A stretch of 64,000 nt of DNA from positions 96,536,001 through 96,600,000 of the forward strand of contig NW_024704742.1 of the NCBI RefSeq assembly GCF_018977255.1. The letters are read 5' to 3'. A program made the translations under genes and the position numbers. Below the pieces are notes generated by a model that worked only from the letters and a program-made list of their open reading frames with translations, searched no databases and was not told where the DNA came from. Shown piece by piece: positions 24,001 through 36,000 of the stretch (positions are counted from its first letter, which is position 1; each line of letters begins with the position of its first letter). Source of the stretch: Callorhinchus milii. Lineage: Eukaryota.

Positions 24001-27000
24001 ATGGGTATACACACTGTAAGGGGCAGACTTTGAAGACCACGTACCCCGATGATGGCGTTTAGCTCAGCCATGGTCACCTGCTTGGCCCGTTCCACTGCCT
24101 GCACCACTTGCTGTTGGTGCTGAAAGCGAATTTCAGAAAGCAAATAATGTCAGTGTCATTTGCATTCTGTAGAAATACGTCCTTCTTAAACCTAGCAAGT
24201 GAAAAACTTATTGGTCAGTGCTGTGTCTAACCTTCACAGAACATATTTAACTGCTCAATCCAATCCCTTTTCTAAAGTGTTTATTGCAAATTGCAACCTG
24301 AAGCCTGAATGGGTTAGTCCTCGACGATGAACAGAATATTGCAGATGAGGTAATATACAGTCACCTGTCATCTCTTGCTGAAAAAACTGATAAGGATAGG
24401 GGAATATATATGTATTGTACAAGTTGCAAAGCCCAGAGAATACAGAAAAATTATAGGCTAAAGTTTTTTAAAAAGTTGGGAGTAAAATTCTGGTGACATT
24501 TTTCAAAAGTAGCATCACAACCAGGTAGGCACAAGAAACAAACACATTTTTGTAATTTAATTTATGTTAAAAAAAGACACCCGCTCAGCAATAAGTTTCA
24601 GTTTCCAGAGTTGTACAAGTGTCCAATGTACATTTACCACCTGAACAAAATTCAAAAACTGTGCTTCATGCGTTTGCATTAAATGGAGTTTAAATACAAA
24701 CCCAAAAGGTTTGTATCAACCTCAATCAGTAAGATTTAACAGCCCAATAAGACACGACCAAATTGTTGAGAATCTCTACAATATTTCTCAAAAGGCATTT
24801 CCCCACCACATTCATCAAGATCTAATGGCAACAATCTTCTGAGAGAACCTAATAAAAGACCGGAGAAATCTTTCAGGGTGCAAATCGTGAATTGTATTAT
24901 AATGCTAATTAGCAATGTGCTTAAGTCCTCTAGCACCATGTATTTGCGGAACTGACATACATGAAGTCACAGTAGAATAAAATGCAGATGGAGGTTTCTA
25001 TAATTTAATATATTTGACAAGATGTGCCATTTTGCTCTTAAGCACTGATTGCCTTCTCGTGTGCAGAAAACATACCCTATGTAATACCTGCTGGCTATTT
25101 TCCATTAATTAAGACATTTTGTTTCTCTAGCTAATTTTCTCCCCTCCCTCCTGAAGGCATTTTACATTTTTCCCCTTTTACAGCTAATGTTCCAAATGCA
25201 CTGGTTACCCTTCAGTAACTCAGCTAAGTGATCATTATTCATGTGTGCATCTTGACCACAAGCATTGGCAAGTTATCCAACCACAGAAGAGGCATCAACA
25301 GCTAAATGCGATATTGTTCTCGCCAGAAGTCCTCACGTGCATTTTCCAATAGGGATCACCGCTTAGTGCTCAGGTGCAGGAACCTTGGTCAATTTTCTTT
25401 TAGTGCAAGTCAATATACCCAACTACTGCATGTGTCAAGTCAGCAAACTGGAATTTGAACCTGTAACCTTCTGGTCTGTGTGGCCTAGCTTTAATATTGC
25501 AGTGACTTTACCCATCCAAGCCATTAAGAAACCTAAAGCAAATGTTTTAATTAAAGAGTAACGCGTTATAATTGGCCTGTGACAGTGGAGTCCTGTAGCT
25601 CAGTGGTTAGAGCACTCGCCTCGCAAGCAAGAGGACCTGGGTTTGATTCCCGGCAGGGCAAAACATTGAGCAACTTTCCTTACTCCATACGCCTCTGTTT
25701 ACCTAGCAGTAATAGGAACCCAGGTGTTAGTCGATTGGTGGACCGCTTTTCCCGGGGATAACAATTCCTTCAAAATAATGAAATAAATTTGGTCACTCAA
25801 TCCACGGCTGTTTGTGGGACACTGCTGTGCACAATTGGCTGCCGGGTTTGGCCCACAAAATACACGGTCAATTCACTTTACAGTGTATTCTGTGAACCGC
25901 TTTGAAACATCTCGAAGACATGATAAAAGCACTATCAAATGCAAGGATTATTATTATGACATACCTAGAGAGATAAGGAGCAGGTCAGATTCAGTTGTTT
26001 TTCTACCCTCCCCTCACACACTTTTGTGCCAAAGTTGAAAACCTGCCAAACTCTCAGCCTTCTCTGCCTTTAACTTCATTCATCAAAATGGCCTTTTATG
26101 AAAGTACCAGAGAGACCACCCTTCTTCTAAATGAGGAAGGGGATAACACCAGGAAGGAAACAGAAGGAAAAAAGTGGAGAAGATTTGTGTCTAAGATTCC
26201 ATACACAAATTATACACATTTTGTCCAGCAACGTGCATTGCAAAGAGAGAGCTTTGAAAGAGCCAAAATAATCTCTTCTTGTTCTTCAAATGGATATTCT
26301 AACAAATGGCAGGAAATGGATTATAAGCATCATTCATGTAAAAAAAATATTTCTGGACTGCATCCATATCTAATTCACCCCTGACCGTCCACAGCCATGT
26401 GATACATGAAGTTTACAATGTTATAGAAGTGCTGACCCCATCTGGGAGAGAATTCTTTTGCCTCAGTTCTAATTCCCAATATTGTGAGATAACGTTGCAA
26501 GGAAAAGGCGCCAAGAAAACATTCCCAAAGGCAAGCAAGTAGCGCAGAACTAAGATCAAAAACGAGTACAATAAAAAAACTTTTTTTTTTTAAAAACTTA
26601 CCTCCTGAGACAGGAAGGGAATGACTTGGGCACAAATGGCATTTAGCCTCTTGACAATTTCAGCCTGAAAGACAAAAGAACCACCATATATTTTGTAATT
26701 CGTGAAATATACAGAGTGACTCAGTATGTACATAAGCGATGATAGGGAACCATGTTATTTCAGGGGGAAAAAAACTACAATATCTGCAGAAAAAAGAGAA
26801 GAAAAGGTTGAAAAGTTTTGCTAAATACTGTAGCAAAGGACCATTAAAGTCAGTTTTTATGCACAAAATAATATCCCATTTTTTTCAGGATCCATTTTTG
26901 TCAAAATTTACAAAACACCTCATCTTCGTGTGCGTCACACACACAGCAGTCAAATCGTGTTTCAAAATAATAAAAATGTTTTAATGGTCCTTAAACCCAA

Positions 27001-30000
27001 GATTAAACATGCACGTATGTAGGATATAATTGATACACAAGTGCAAATCCTCTCTAGTGATGCACATTTCCTATTAAGAGCTGTACAACAAGGACACGAA
27101 GAGTATTCTTTGATTTGTGGTAAAAATTACCAACTCTGTTATATCTGCTTAAAATGAAAAATCCTATTTGCCCTGCATAAAACAATCAGCTGAACAGATA
27201 CATCACAGAAGTTGGAAATGCATAATATTCATGAGCATTTTTGATCTGGAGATCTGGAATTTGCCATTCAGATCTGCTAATTTCAGTTTCATCGCGTGTA
27301 ATCATATATTCAGGTGAAAAAATGCTTTTGGGCTTCAAAAGTCGTAATGAGTTATTTCTGCAGTCATGTATAGCAAATGATCAGATTTTAAATTAAATAT
27401 TAAATTCAAAAGTTACAGACTGCATAATTTCTATTACTACTTCAGAGCAATTGAGGTTATTCTGATGATTATTTCAGGTCAAACGGTATCTAATCCAATA
27501 ATGGCAGCAATCCGAACAGAGTAGCGAAGAGAAAGGAAAAAAAAAAAGAACATTTTACAGGAAGATTTAACCCCACTGAAAGGGACTGGTTTCAGAAAAC
27601 TTATGAACCACAGCAGTAACCAAATAACGATGGTAACCAAACCAGCATCAACACTGCTGGATTTTGAGATAAATCCCATAAGTCATTTAAAGTGACTTTT
27701 CTACATTAATGCAAGAGCCAACCCAACTATATGATGGCAAATTAATACCAATAACAACAACAGAATGCATTTATATAGTGCCTTTCACCTCAGCCCAGTC
27801 ACTTACATACCCTGTTGATCTCACATGACCAAGGCTCTCCTGCTTAGCTCCCATCAGCACCTCCCTATCTTGGGCACTGATAGCATCACCCTTCATGGAT
27901 GCACTCACAGAGTCAATACGGAACCTCAGTGTTCTGTTCGACCCCCAAGTATCCTTCATCCCCCATAGCCGTGCCATGATCCGCTCCACCTTTCCACACC
28001 TCTGCAACATTGCCCTGCTCCGCCATTGTCTCACCGCAGGCCACTGAGACCCTCATCCACACGTTCATCCCACCCAAGCTCAATCACACAAACTCCTATC
28101 TTGTCGGCCTCCCCAACCCCTCCCTCCATAGGCTGCAGATCATCTAGAACTCTGCAGCCCGTGCCTTCTCCAGCATCAGGCTGCATGACCCTATCACCTC
28201 CATCCTCGCCCGACTCCACTGGCTCCCCATCACACAAAGGATACAGTTTAAGATCCTGGTCCTCTTCAAAGGTCTCCATGAATTTGCTCTTCATACTTCT
28301 GTAACCTCCTATCCCCTACCAACCTGTCCTCTTCCCTCCGCTCAGCGGGCTCCAGCCTGCTTCACGTCCCCCGCCTTGCCCGCCCTACCATTGGCGGGTG
28401 GGCCTTCAGCCTCTCTATCTCCACTCTCTGGAACTCCAAGCTTCAGTCCCTCTGCCTCGCCGCCTCCCTTGCCTCCTTCATGACCCACCTCGTGGCCCTC
28501 CTCTTCAACCGGGCCTTCGGTCACCCTCCTACGCCCACCCTCCCCGTCTTCCAAATCACTACCACCAGCTCGGGTGGGGATCCTGACTGTCCAGTGCCTT
28601 GGGACATCCTCCTGATGTGAAAGGCGTTATACAAATGTAATTTGTCGTTATCCACAACTCGACCCAATAGCATCACCGGCAAATTTAACAATCGGCCACT
28701 GAGTTCGTAAATCAGTGAGCACAACTCCAACCAGAGAACTTAGGAACATGGGAAAAGCGCTTCAAACTTTTTCTACCATTCTATTACATCGTGGCTGATC
28801 TGTACTTCAGCTCCAATTACCCGCCTTTGCCCCAAGTTGCCCTAACATCATACCATGAAGATCCACCATCCACAACAACAACAACAACAAGATTCCATTT
28901 ATAAAGCGCCTTTCACGTCAGGAGGACGTCCCAAGGCGCTGCACAGTTGGGTCATGACCCGAGCAGGGGGAAATGGTCAGGGTGAGGGGAGGGAAGGGAG
29001 GGAGCGAGGAGGGGGAAATGGTCAGGGTGAGGGGAGGGAAGGGAGGGAGCGAGGAGGGGGAAGAGAGTCGAGAGGGGAGCTGAAGGCTCGGTCAAAGAGA
29101 AAGGTTTTGAGACCGGCCTTGAAGGAGGAAAGGGAGGAAGCAAGGCGAAGGCACTGGGGGATAGATAAACCCCAGATCATACACAACTCTGCAACTCATA
29201 TCCTGTCCCACATCAGGCTCCACGAGCCCATTGCCCAGCTGCACTGACTCCCTATCTCCCAGCAGACCTTTTTTGAGATTCTCATCCTCATTGTCAAATG
29301 GCTCCACGACCTGATCTCTTGCGACCCTAATCCTCGTGCCACTCCTTCTGCTCACACTTGCTTCATGACCCCCCACCCTCCCCACTTCCAACAATGACAG
29401 GAGAGGCTCCAGCCACTTTCCTACTCCCTCTGGAACTCTCGCCTGAAATTACTCTGTCTCGCCCCTTCCCCTCAGCTCCCAAATCCCCATTCCCCATCTC
29501 GGGGTAACTTCCATCAAGGCGTTTTGAGAATTTCTCCCAATGGGAAAGACACTTTATAAGTCTAAATTGTTGTTGAATGTTTCCAGAATTAAGGCTATAC
29601 CCTAGTCCGTGTTCTGTCTGGTGAACTGGCCTGACTATTTGGGGATTTAGTTATTCTTTTTGCTGTCCATGTGGCTAATTTGATTTTATTTTGTAGTTGT
29701 GCAGTTTCATACTACAATGCAAGGATTTTAACAAACTGAGGCAACAGATTCCTCCTGTAAAGCAGGGTGAAATGTAGAGCTACATGTACATTCCCACAAT
29801 TTTTTTTAAAAATGCATTATTTCCCCACTGCCCCATTGTCACTTTGATGGTGTACTGTTATTCCAGTTTCAAACACAAAATATATTTTATTTGCCAACAT
29901 CTGTGTCTTTACTGTAAACAATTAGGCATGTGTTCACAAACTAATGTGAAACAGGTCAAATAACAAAAAAAAGCAACATCAACAATTTCCGCTCCAAATC

Positions 30001-33000
30001 TTGAGGCTCACTACAAATAATCAATTAATGCCAAATTCTGGTAAGTAAAGCAAATACTTTACATTTATCGAAGGAAACGTTTTTAAAATAATAATACTTG
30101 CATTTGATATAGCGCCTTATCACCTCTTTGAGACGTCTAAAAGCGCTTCATAGAATATACTGTCAAGTGAATTAACTGTATATTTTGTTGGCAAAACACA
30201 GCAGCCAATTGCGCACAGCAGTGTCCCACAAACAGTCATGGATTGAGTGACCAAATTATTATTAATTTTAATTTTTTTTTAAAGGATTATTACTCGGGAA
30301 AAGCAATCCACCAATCAACTAATAACTGGGTTCCTGCTTACTGCTAGGTAAACAGAGGTGTGTGGAGTAAAGAAACAAGCCCAACGTTTCGCCCTGCCTG
30401 GGAATCGAACCCAGATCCTCTTGTTTATGAGGCGAGTGCTCTACAACACAAAGACAACAATTTGCATTTATATAGCACCCTCCACACCGGGTGGCGTCTC
30501 AGAGCGCCTAACAATGGCGGAGCCCGAGGCCGAGCCAGGGGGAGGGGAACATCAACATAGACCATAGGCGCTGTCAAAGAGGAACATCTTCAGGTATGAC
30601 CTGAAGATGGGGAAGGAGGGGGGCGAGGTGAAGGGGTTGAGGGAGTGAGTTCCAAAGTTTCGGGGCGTAGTGGCTGAAGGCACAGCCACCGATGGTAGAG
30701 CGGAGGATTCGGGGGACACGAAGGAGGCCGGGCCCAGTAGAGCGGAGGCAGCAGGTCCTGCTGTGGGGAGAGAGGTTAGAGAGATTGTATGGGGGCAAGG
30801 AATGGAGGGATTTAAACACTAGAGTGAGGATCTTGAAGTCAATCCGCTCTGTGACAGGAAGCCAGTGGAGTTTGGCAAGGACTGGAGTAATTGGGGTATG
30901 AAGTTTGGTGCGGATGAGAATGCGGGCGGCGGAGCTTTGAATGAGCTGAATTTTGTGAATAGTGGAGGAGGAGAGACTGGGCGTTAGAATAGTCCAGTCA
31001 AGAGGTGACAAAGGCAAGGACAAGGGTGTCGGCAGCTTTTGGAGAGAGGTATTGTCGGAGATGGGCAATGTGGCGGAGGTGGAAGAAGGCGGTGCTGGTC
31101 AGGAACCTGATGTAGGGGAGGAAGGATAAGCGGGGATCGAACCTGACGACTAAGTTGTGCACGGGCTCAGAGAGTTTTAAGGACAGGTCAGGGTAGGTTG
31201 AGGAGGTTGGAACCATGGGACAGAAGATGTCAGCGGAAGCCAAAGAGTATGGCTTCCATCTTATTGATGTTTAACTGCAGGAAATTTGTGCTCATCCAGC
31301 TCTTGATGTCTGACAGACAAGCTGACAGAACATCAGGGGACTGGGGGTCGCAGCTGGAGGTGGAACAGTAGAGTCGAGTGGCAGTTAACCCCGTCTGCGG
31401 ATGACATCACCAAGAGGGAGCATAAAGATGAGGAAGAGAAGGGGGCCAAGGATGGATCCTTGGGGTACCCTGCAGGTGTAAGCGAGAAGAAAAGCCATTT
31501 GCAGAAATGTAGTGCTGGGGGTTTGTAAGTGCGGTCCCCAATGAGGCAGATGATGGAGGTCAGGCGGTGGAGGAGGATGGCGTGATCGAATGCAGTGAAG
31601 AGGTCCAGAAAGACAAGGTGACAGAGGGAGTCCTGGTCACAGATAGAGAGGGTATCTTTTGTGACTTTCACGAGCACTGTCTCTGCATTGTGGGCAGGGC
31701 GGAAACTGGACTGGAGGGGTTTGAGTTGGATGTGGAGGGAGAGGTGTGCGCAAAGTTGGTTGGCAACAACGCATTCCAGAGCTTTGGCCAGGAAGGGCAA
31801 GTTTAAGACAGGGCATTAGTGGCCAAGGTTGGTGGGATCAAGGGTTGTTTTTTTTAATAAAAAGGAGGGGGATGATGACCATGCTTTTGAGGAGGTGGGA
31901 CTGATCTTGAGGAGAGAGACTGGTTAATAGATCTGCCAGCAGTGGGCAGAGGAGGGGGAGCTGCTGATCAGCAATTGGGTGGGGAGGGGGATGAGACTGC
32001 AGGTGGTGGATTTCATTGTGGTGATGGTGGATGAAGGGAGGAAGGAGAGATAGGGACAAATTAATGTAGGATGGGGGCCTCAACCACTACTGCCCTATCT
32101 CTAACCGCTAAGCTACAGGATTCTAAGGAACTGAATAATGCACCTGCTATAGTGTGCTAACACAATGCACACCTGTTATAACACACTTATTTATAGTGTG
32201 AATTCAATTAATAATCTTTAATTTGGTATAGCACGTTCATGTCAGGAGGACATCCCAAAGCACTTTATATTATACTCGCAGGGACATACTGACAAGCAAG
32301 GAGTTTGCATAGTGAAGCCTGGATGTATGAATGTGTGTACGAGGGTTTTGGCGGCCTGCGGTGTTAGACAGTGGCGGAGTCGGGCGATGTTGTGGAGGTG
32401 GGGGACAGCAGAGTGGGTCATGACACAGATGTGGGGTAGAAAGGATAGTTGAGAGTCAAACAGGACACCAAGGTTCCAGATTGGCTCAGTGAGGTAGAGT
32501 TTGCATCCTTGGATGGTAGTGCTGTCAGCGCCTGAGGTGTGGAGGCACTGACAGGAGCCAATCAGGAGAGCCTCGGTACTAATTTGCACACAGCAATGCA
32601 TTGGAGTATCATCTTAAGACTATTATAATGTAGTTGCAGTTTGTACATCATTCACTGCACAGCTAGTTTGGTACCTACACACAGGTCAACTCTCCTGTTG
32701 AAATGGCCAGTTTCCAGATCATCAGGTCAGCTATTGTTTCCCAAAGGTGCACATTTAGCTAATAGAAAAGCACTGGCAATTTGAATGAGATACAGGGAAT
32801 GGCTTTGAAACAATGAAAAGCCATGCCATTACTTTTTTTGGGTTATCCAGGTGTCTGATACATGCAGAAACCCATCACCATGCTTAACCAAACCATCCAA
32901 ACCATCCAAACCAAGCTGGAAATTACACATGGAAATTCCAGAGATAGATTGTTGGAATTGAATGTGCACTCTCTCCCTGAAGGAAAGCAGCCTGCTTACC

Positions 33001-36000
33001 TAATTTGCATTACATAGTATAGCAGCAGTGGTTTGGAATATTTGGGTAAAACATGTAACTTTTTTGTGCCCCATCTTTACCCTGGAAGGGCTAAAGCACT
33101 ACTTGGAGGAGAACTGTTAGCTGCCACAGCACTAGCACTGAGAAGAAAACCTGCTGCTTTCTGGTCTGTATGGCTTATAGTGCTGCATGAGGGAGTGCAT
33201 TTCCCCCAAATTTAATCCCAACCACCAGTTCTTCTCCATTTAATAATAATGTGCAAGATGTGAAGCCTTCATAACTAAAAGCAACTTTAATCTTAAACTT
33301 AAATACTGTACTCATTTTGAAGATATTAAAATTGTAGTAGCAAGAGGATTGGTGTAATTATTGTAAGCACACAAGTAAAGCCTAAAAAAAACTAAAGACT
33401 TTTTTTATATAAAAGTACCCCACAATTAACCCGGGGGAGTGGTACAAGAAGAACTATGGGCATGACCCGAAACAACGACCGTGGGAACTGTAATGAGTAT
33501 TTATCAGACTAATTAGCAAACTGGAAATGTAAAAATGTGCTGTTGATCAATAGTCACAGTTCAATGCCACATTATCATCAGAGGTCTACATACATATTCA
33601 GAAGAAAATGCCAAATGCTTCATTCAAAGCTGGAAACTGGAGAATTTTTCCAGCCTGTTAGCAAGGAAAACTGCCAGTTAGTGGTCAAATAGGTCACAAA
33701 AGATGAACACAAGGAAGGGCAGCAGTATCCTCTCTGCGCAATTCTTTATGCAAACTTTCATTGTTTGTTCAGTCGAAATCCGATTATCCGCACTAATTGG
33801 GACTGGCCCTTTTGCAGATAAGCAAACAGTGTGGATAATTGGATATTAAATACAAATTAGCACTAATTTTTTTTATCAGTATTATATTTTCACTATCGTA
33901 CCACATTGTGCCAGCCATTCTCCCCCTCTAGCGCTCTTATTTTTTCTCTCACTCAGTGTGTCTCCTTTTCTCTGTCTGTCTCTCACTTAAGAATCTCACT
34001 AACTTGGTGCATGTGTGTCAAATTGCTAAATCTGGTAGCCAGGATCAGAGCATTCGCAGAAACCTCATGTAACTTTGCACACAGGTACAAGTGTTTTTTT
34101 TTTGCTGGCATCTTGCAGGTCTGTATCCAACTCCTCTATCACTGGTATTTTTCTCCACATGAGCCACCAAATCTAATCTCACTCTCCCCATACTCTAATA
34201 TTCTCAAGCATTTATCCCTTCCACTTTTTTTTGAAAAATAGGAAGAACTCTGCTTCAACAGTTATACTATATTCTGACCACTCTGAGTGTTAAATTGTTG
34301 ATTTCAGAGTAACTACTGGTCAAGTTGACCTCCAACGTTCACAGTGCCAGGATTCTGCACAGCGGGGGCTTTTCCTGGGAGCCATGTTTGTTGTTTTAAT
34401 CTTGCTGCTCTGTCCAGAACTTTGCTTGGTAGCTCTTGATCAGATTGACATGGCTGCTTGTCAATGAGATCCCATCAATCCTCAGATCATTAATTCGTTG
34501 TTTGCAAATGCCATTCAAAGTTCCACCCACCTTCCAAAATAGACGATAGACCCTCCTCTTCGACCATGCCATCGGCCACCCCCATTCCCCTCCCATCCCA
34601 TCCCTTCTCCCTCCCGACCCCAGCTCGGGTCTGAAATGCTGTACACTGTCTAGTGCCTTGGGAAATCCTCCCGACGTGAAAGGCGCTATACAAATGTAAT
34701 CTTGTTGTTGTTGTAGACGACATATTGTGTGTAACCATGATTAAGCAGAAAAAAGGCTATTATCAATAGAACCAACAGGAACAACAAATTACATGTATGT
34801 AGCCCTTTCACGTCAGGAGGACGTCCTAAGGGATTTAGATCCAAGCTGGGGGTTGGGAGCAGGAGGGTTGGAGGCCAAGATCATGTAATAATCCTTACAT
34901 GACTGTTTTGTAGACAGTAGAAAATGGTATAAGAAAAAGTTGGGCCAATCAGAATTCCACAGGTAAGTGAGTGCCAACATTCACTCAATCTCACATGTGA
35001 AGAACGGTCACAATGCTGAGATACATGATGGTTGTGGGCACCCCAGGTACACCTGCTGGGAACAAAACATGGTACAATGGAGATGGGGGAACATTGTATC
35101 AAATAACTAGTATAGCATTCACACTGCTGAATTTGGATCATAAATCTAAAGTTCTTTATGAAAAGCTCTGAGAACTCTAGAAACCACTGGAGCCATAAGG
35201 TTTATAAAATATTAGTATCAAAATATTATATGCAAACTGAAGGCATGGTCTTACAGGGTTCATTAATGCAGTTCAACTACAGTGAGACGGGGTTGCTTAA
35301 ATCTCAAAATGAGATATGTATCTGCCACCACGGCTTTCCACCGTTATCAGTCTCTTGAGATCAACAAGAGCAAGTTCGGAGGAAACAAAGGCCCCACAGC
35401 AAGTGAGGTAGTGGCGTTTCATATTACAGGACTATGTGGAAAGCAGCGGGTATACAGCAGTGTCACTTAGAAGGTGGGAGCTCAGTTTTAATAAAGAAAA
35501 TGAATCTTTTATAGTAGCACTAATTGTCAGAAGACAAAAGCCAGCGAGTTAAGAAAATTAGACCATGCATTCCATGCTTAAAAGAGAAAGTTACCACAGC
35601 AACACCAGATCCTCTATGGTCACCGTGTAATGTGCCCTCTTTTGTCCTTAGGGACAGGCAGATAGTGAAGCATCATTTATTTACAGACCCTTTCACAGAG
35701 CTTGGGTTATCAGACAATAATACTGTCAATACGTACTCCTAATGGTCTACTTTTGAAATGGAGTATAATATAATAGCAGAGAGCCCAAAATCCTTTCCAG
35801 CCTGGCTATTAAAGGATGTAGGTTATTGCTGTTGTCACCATTGATATTTGTCATTGTAATGTAATTAGAGGCCTAAAATGATGCATTACGGCCTGTGGCA
35901 CGGCTTTTATTAAAACCTTTTCTTCTGTTCACTGAACTGCGACCTGGTGTCTGATGAGTAACAGACAGACAGCTTAAGGGTGAACAGCAGATTCATCAAA

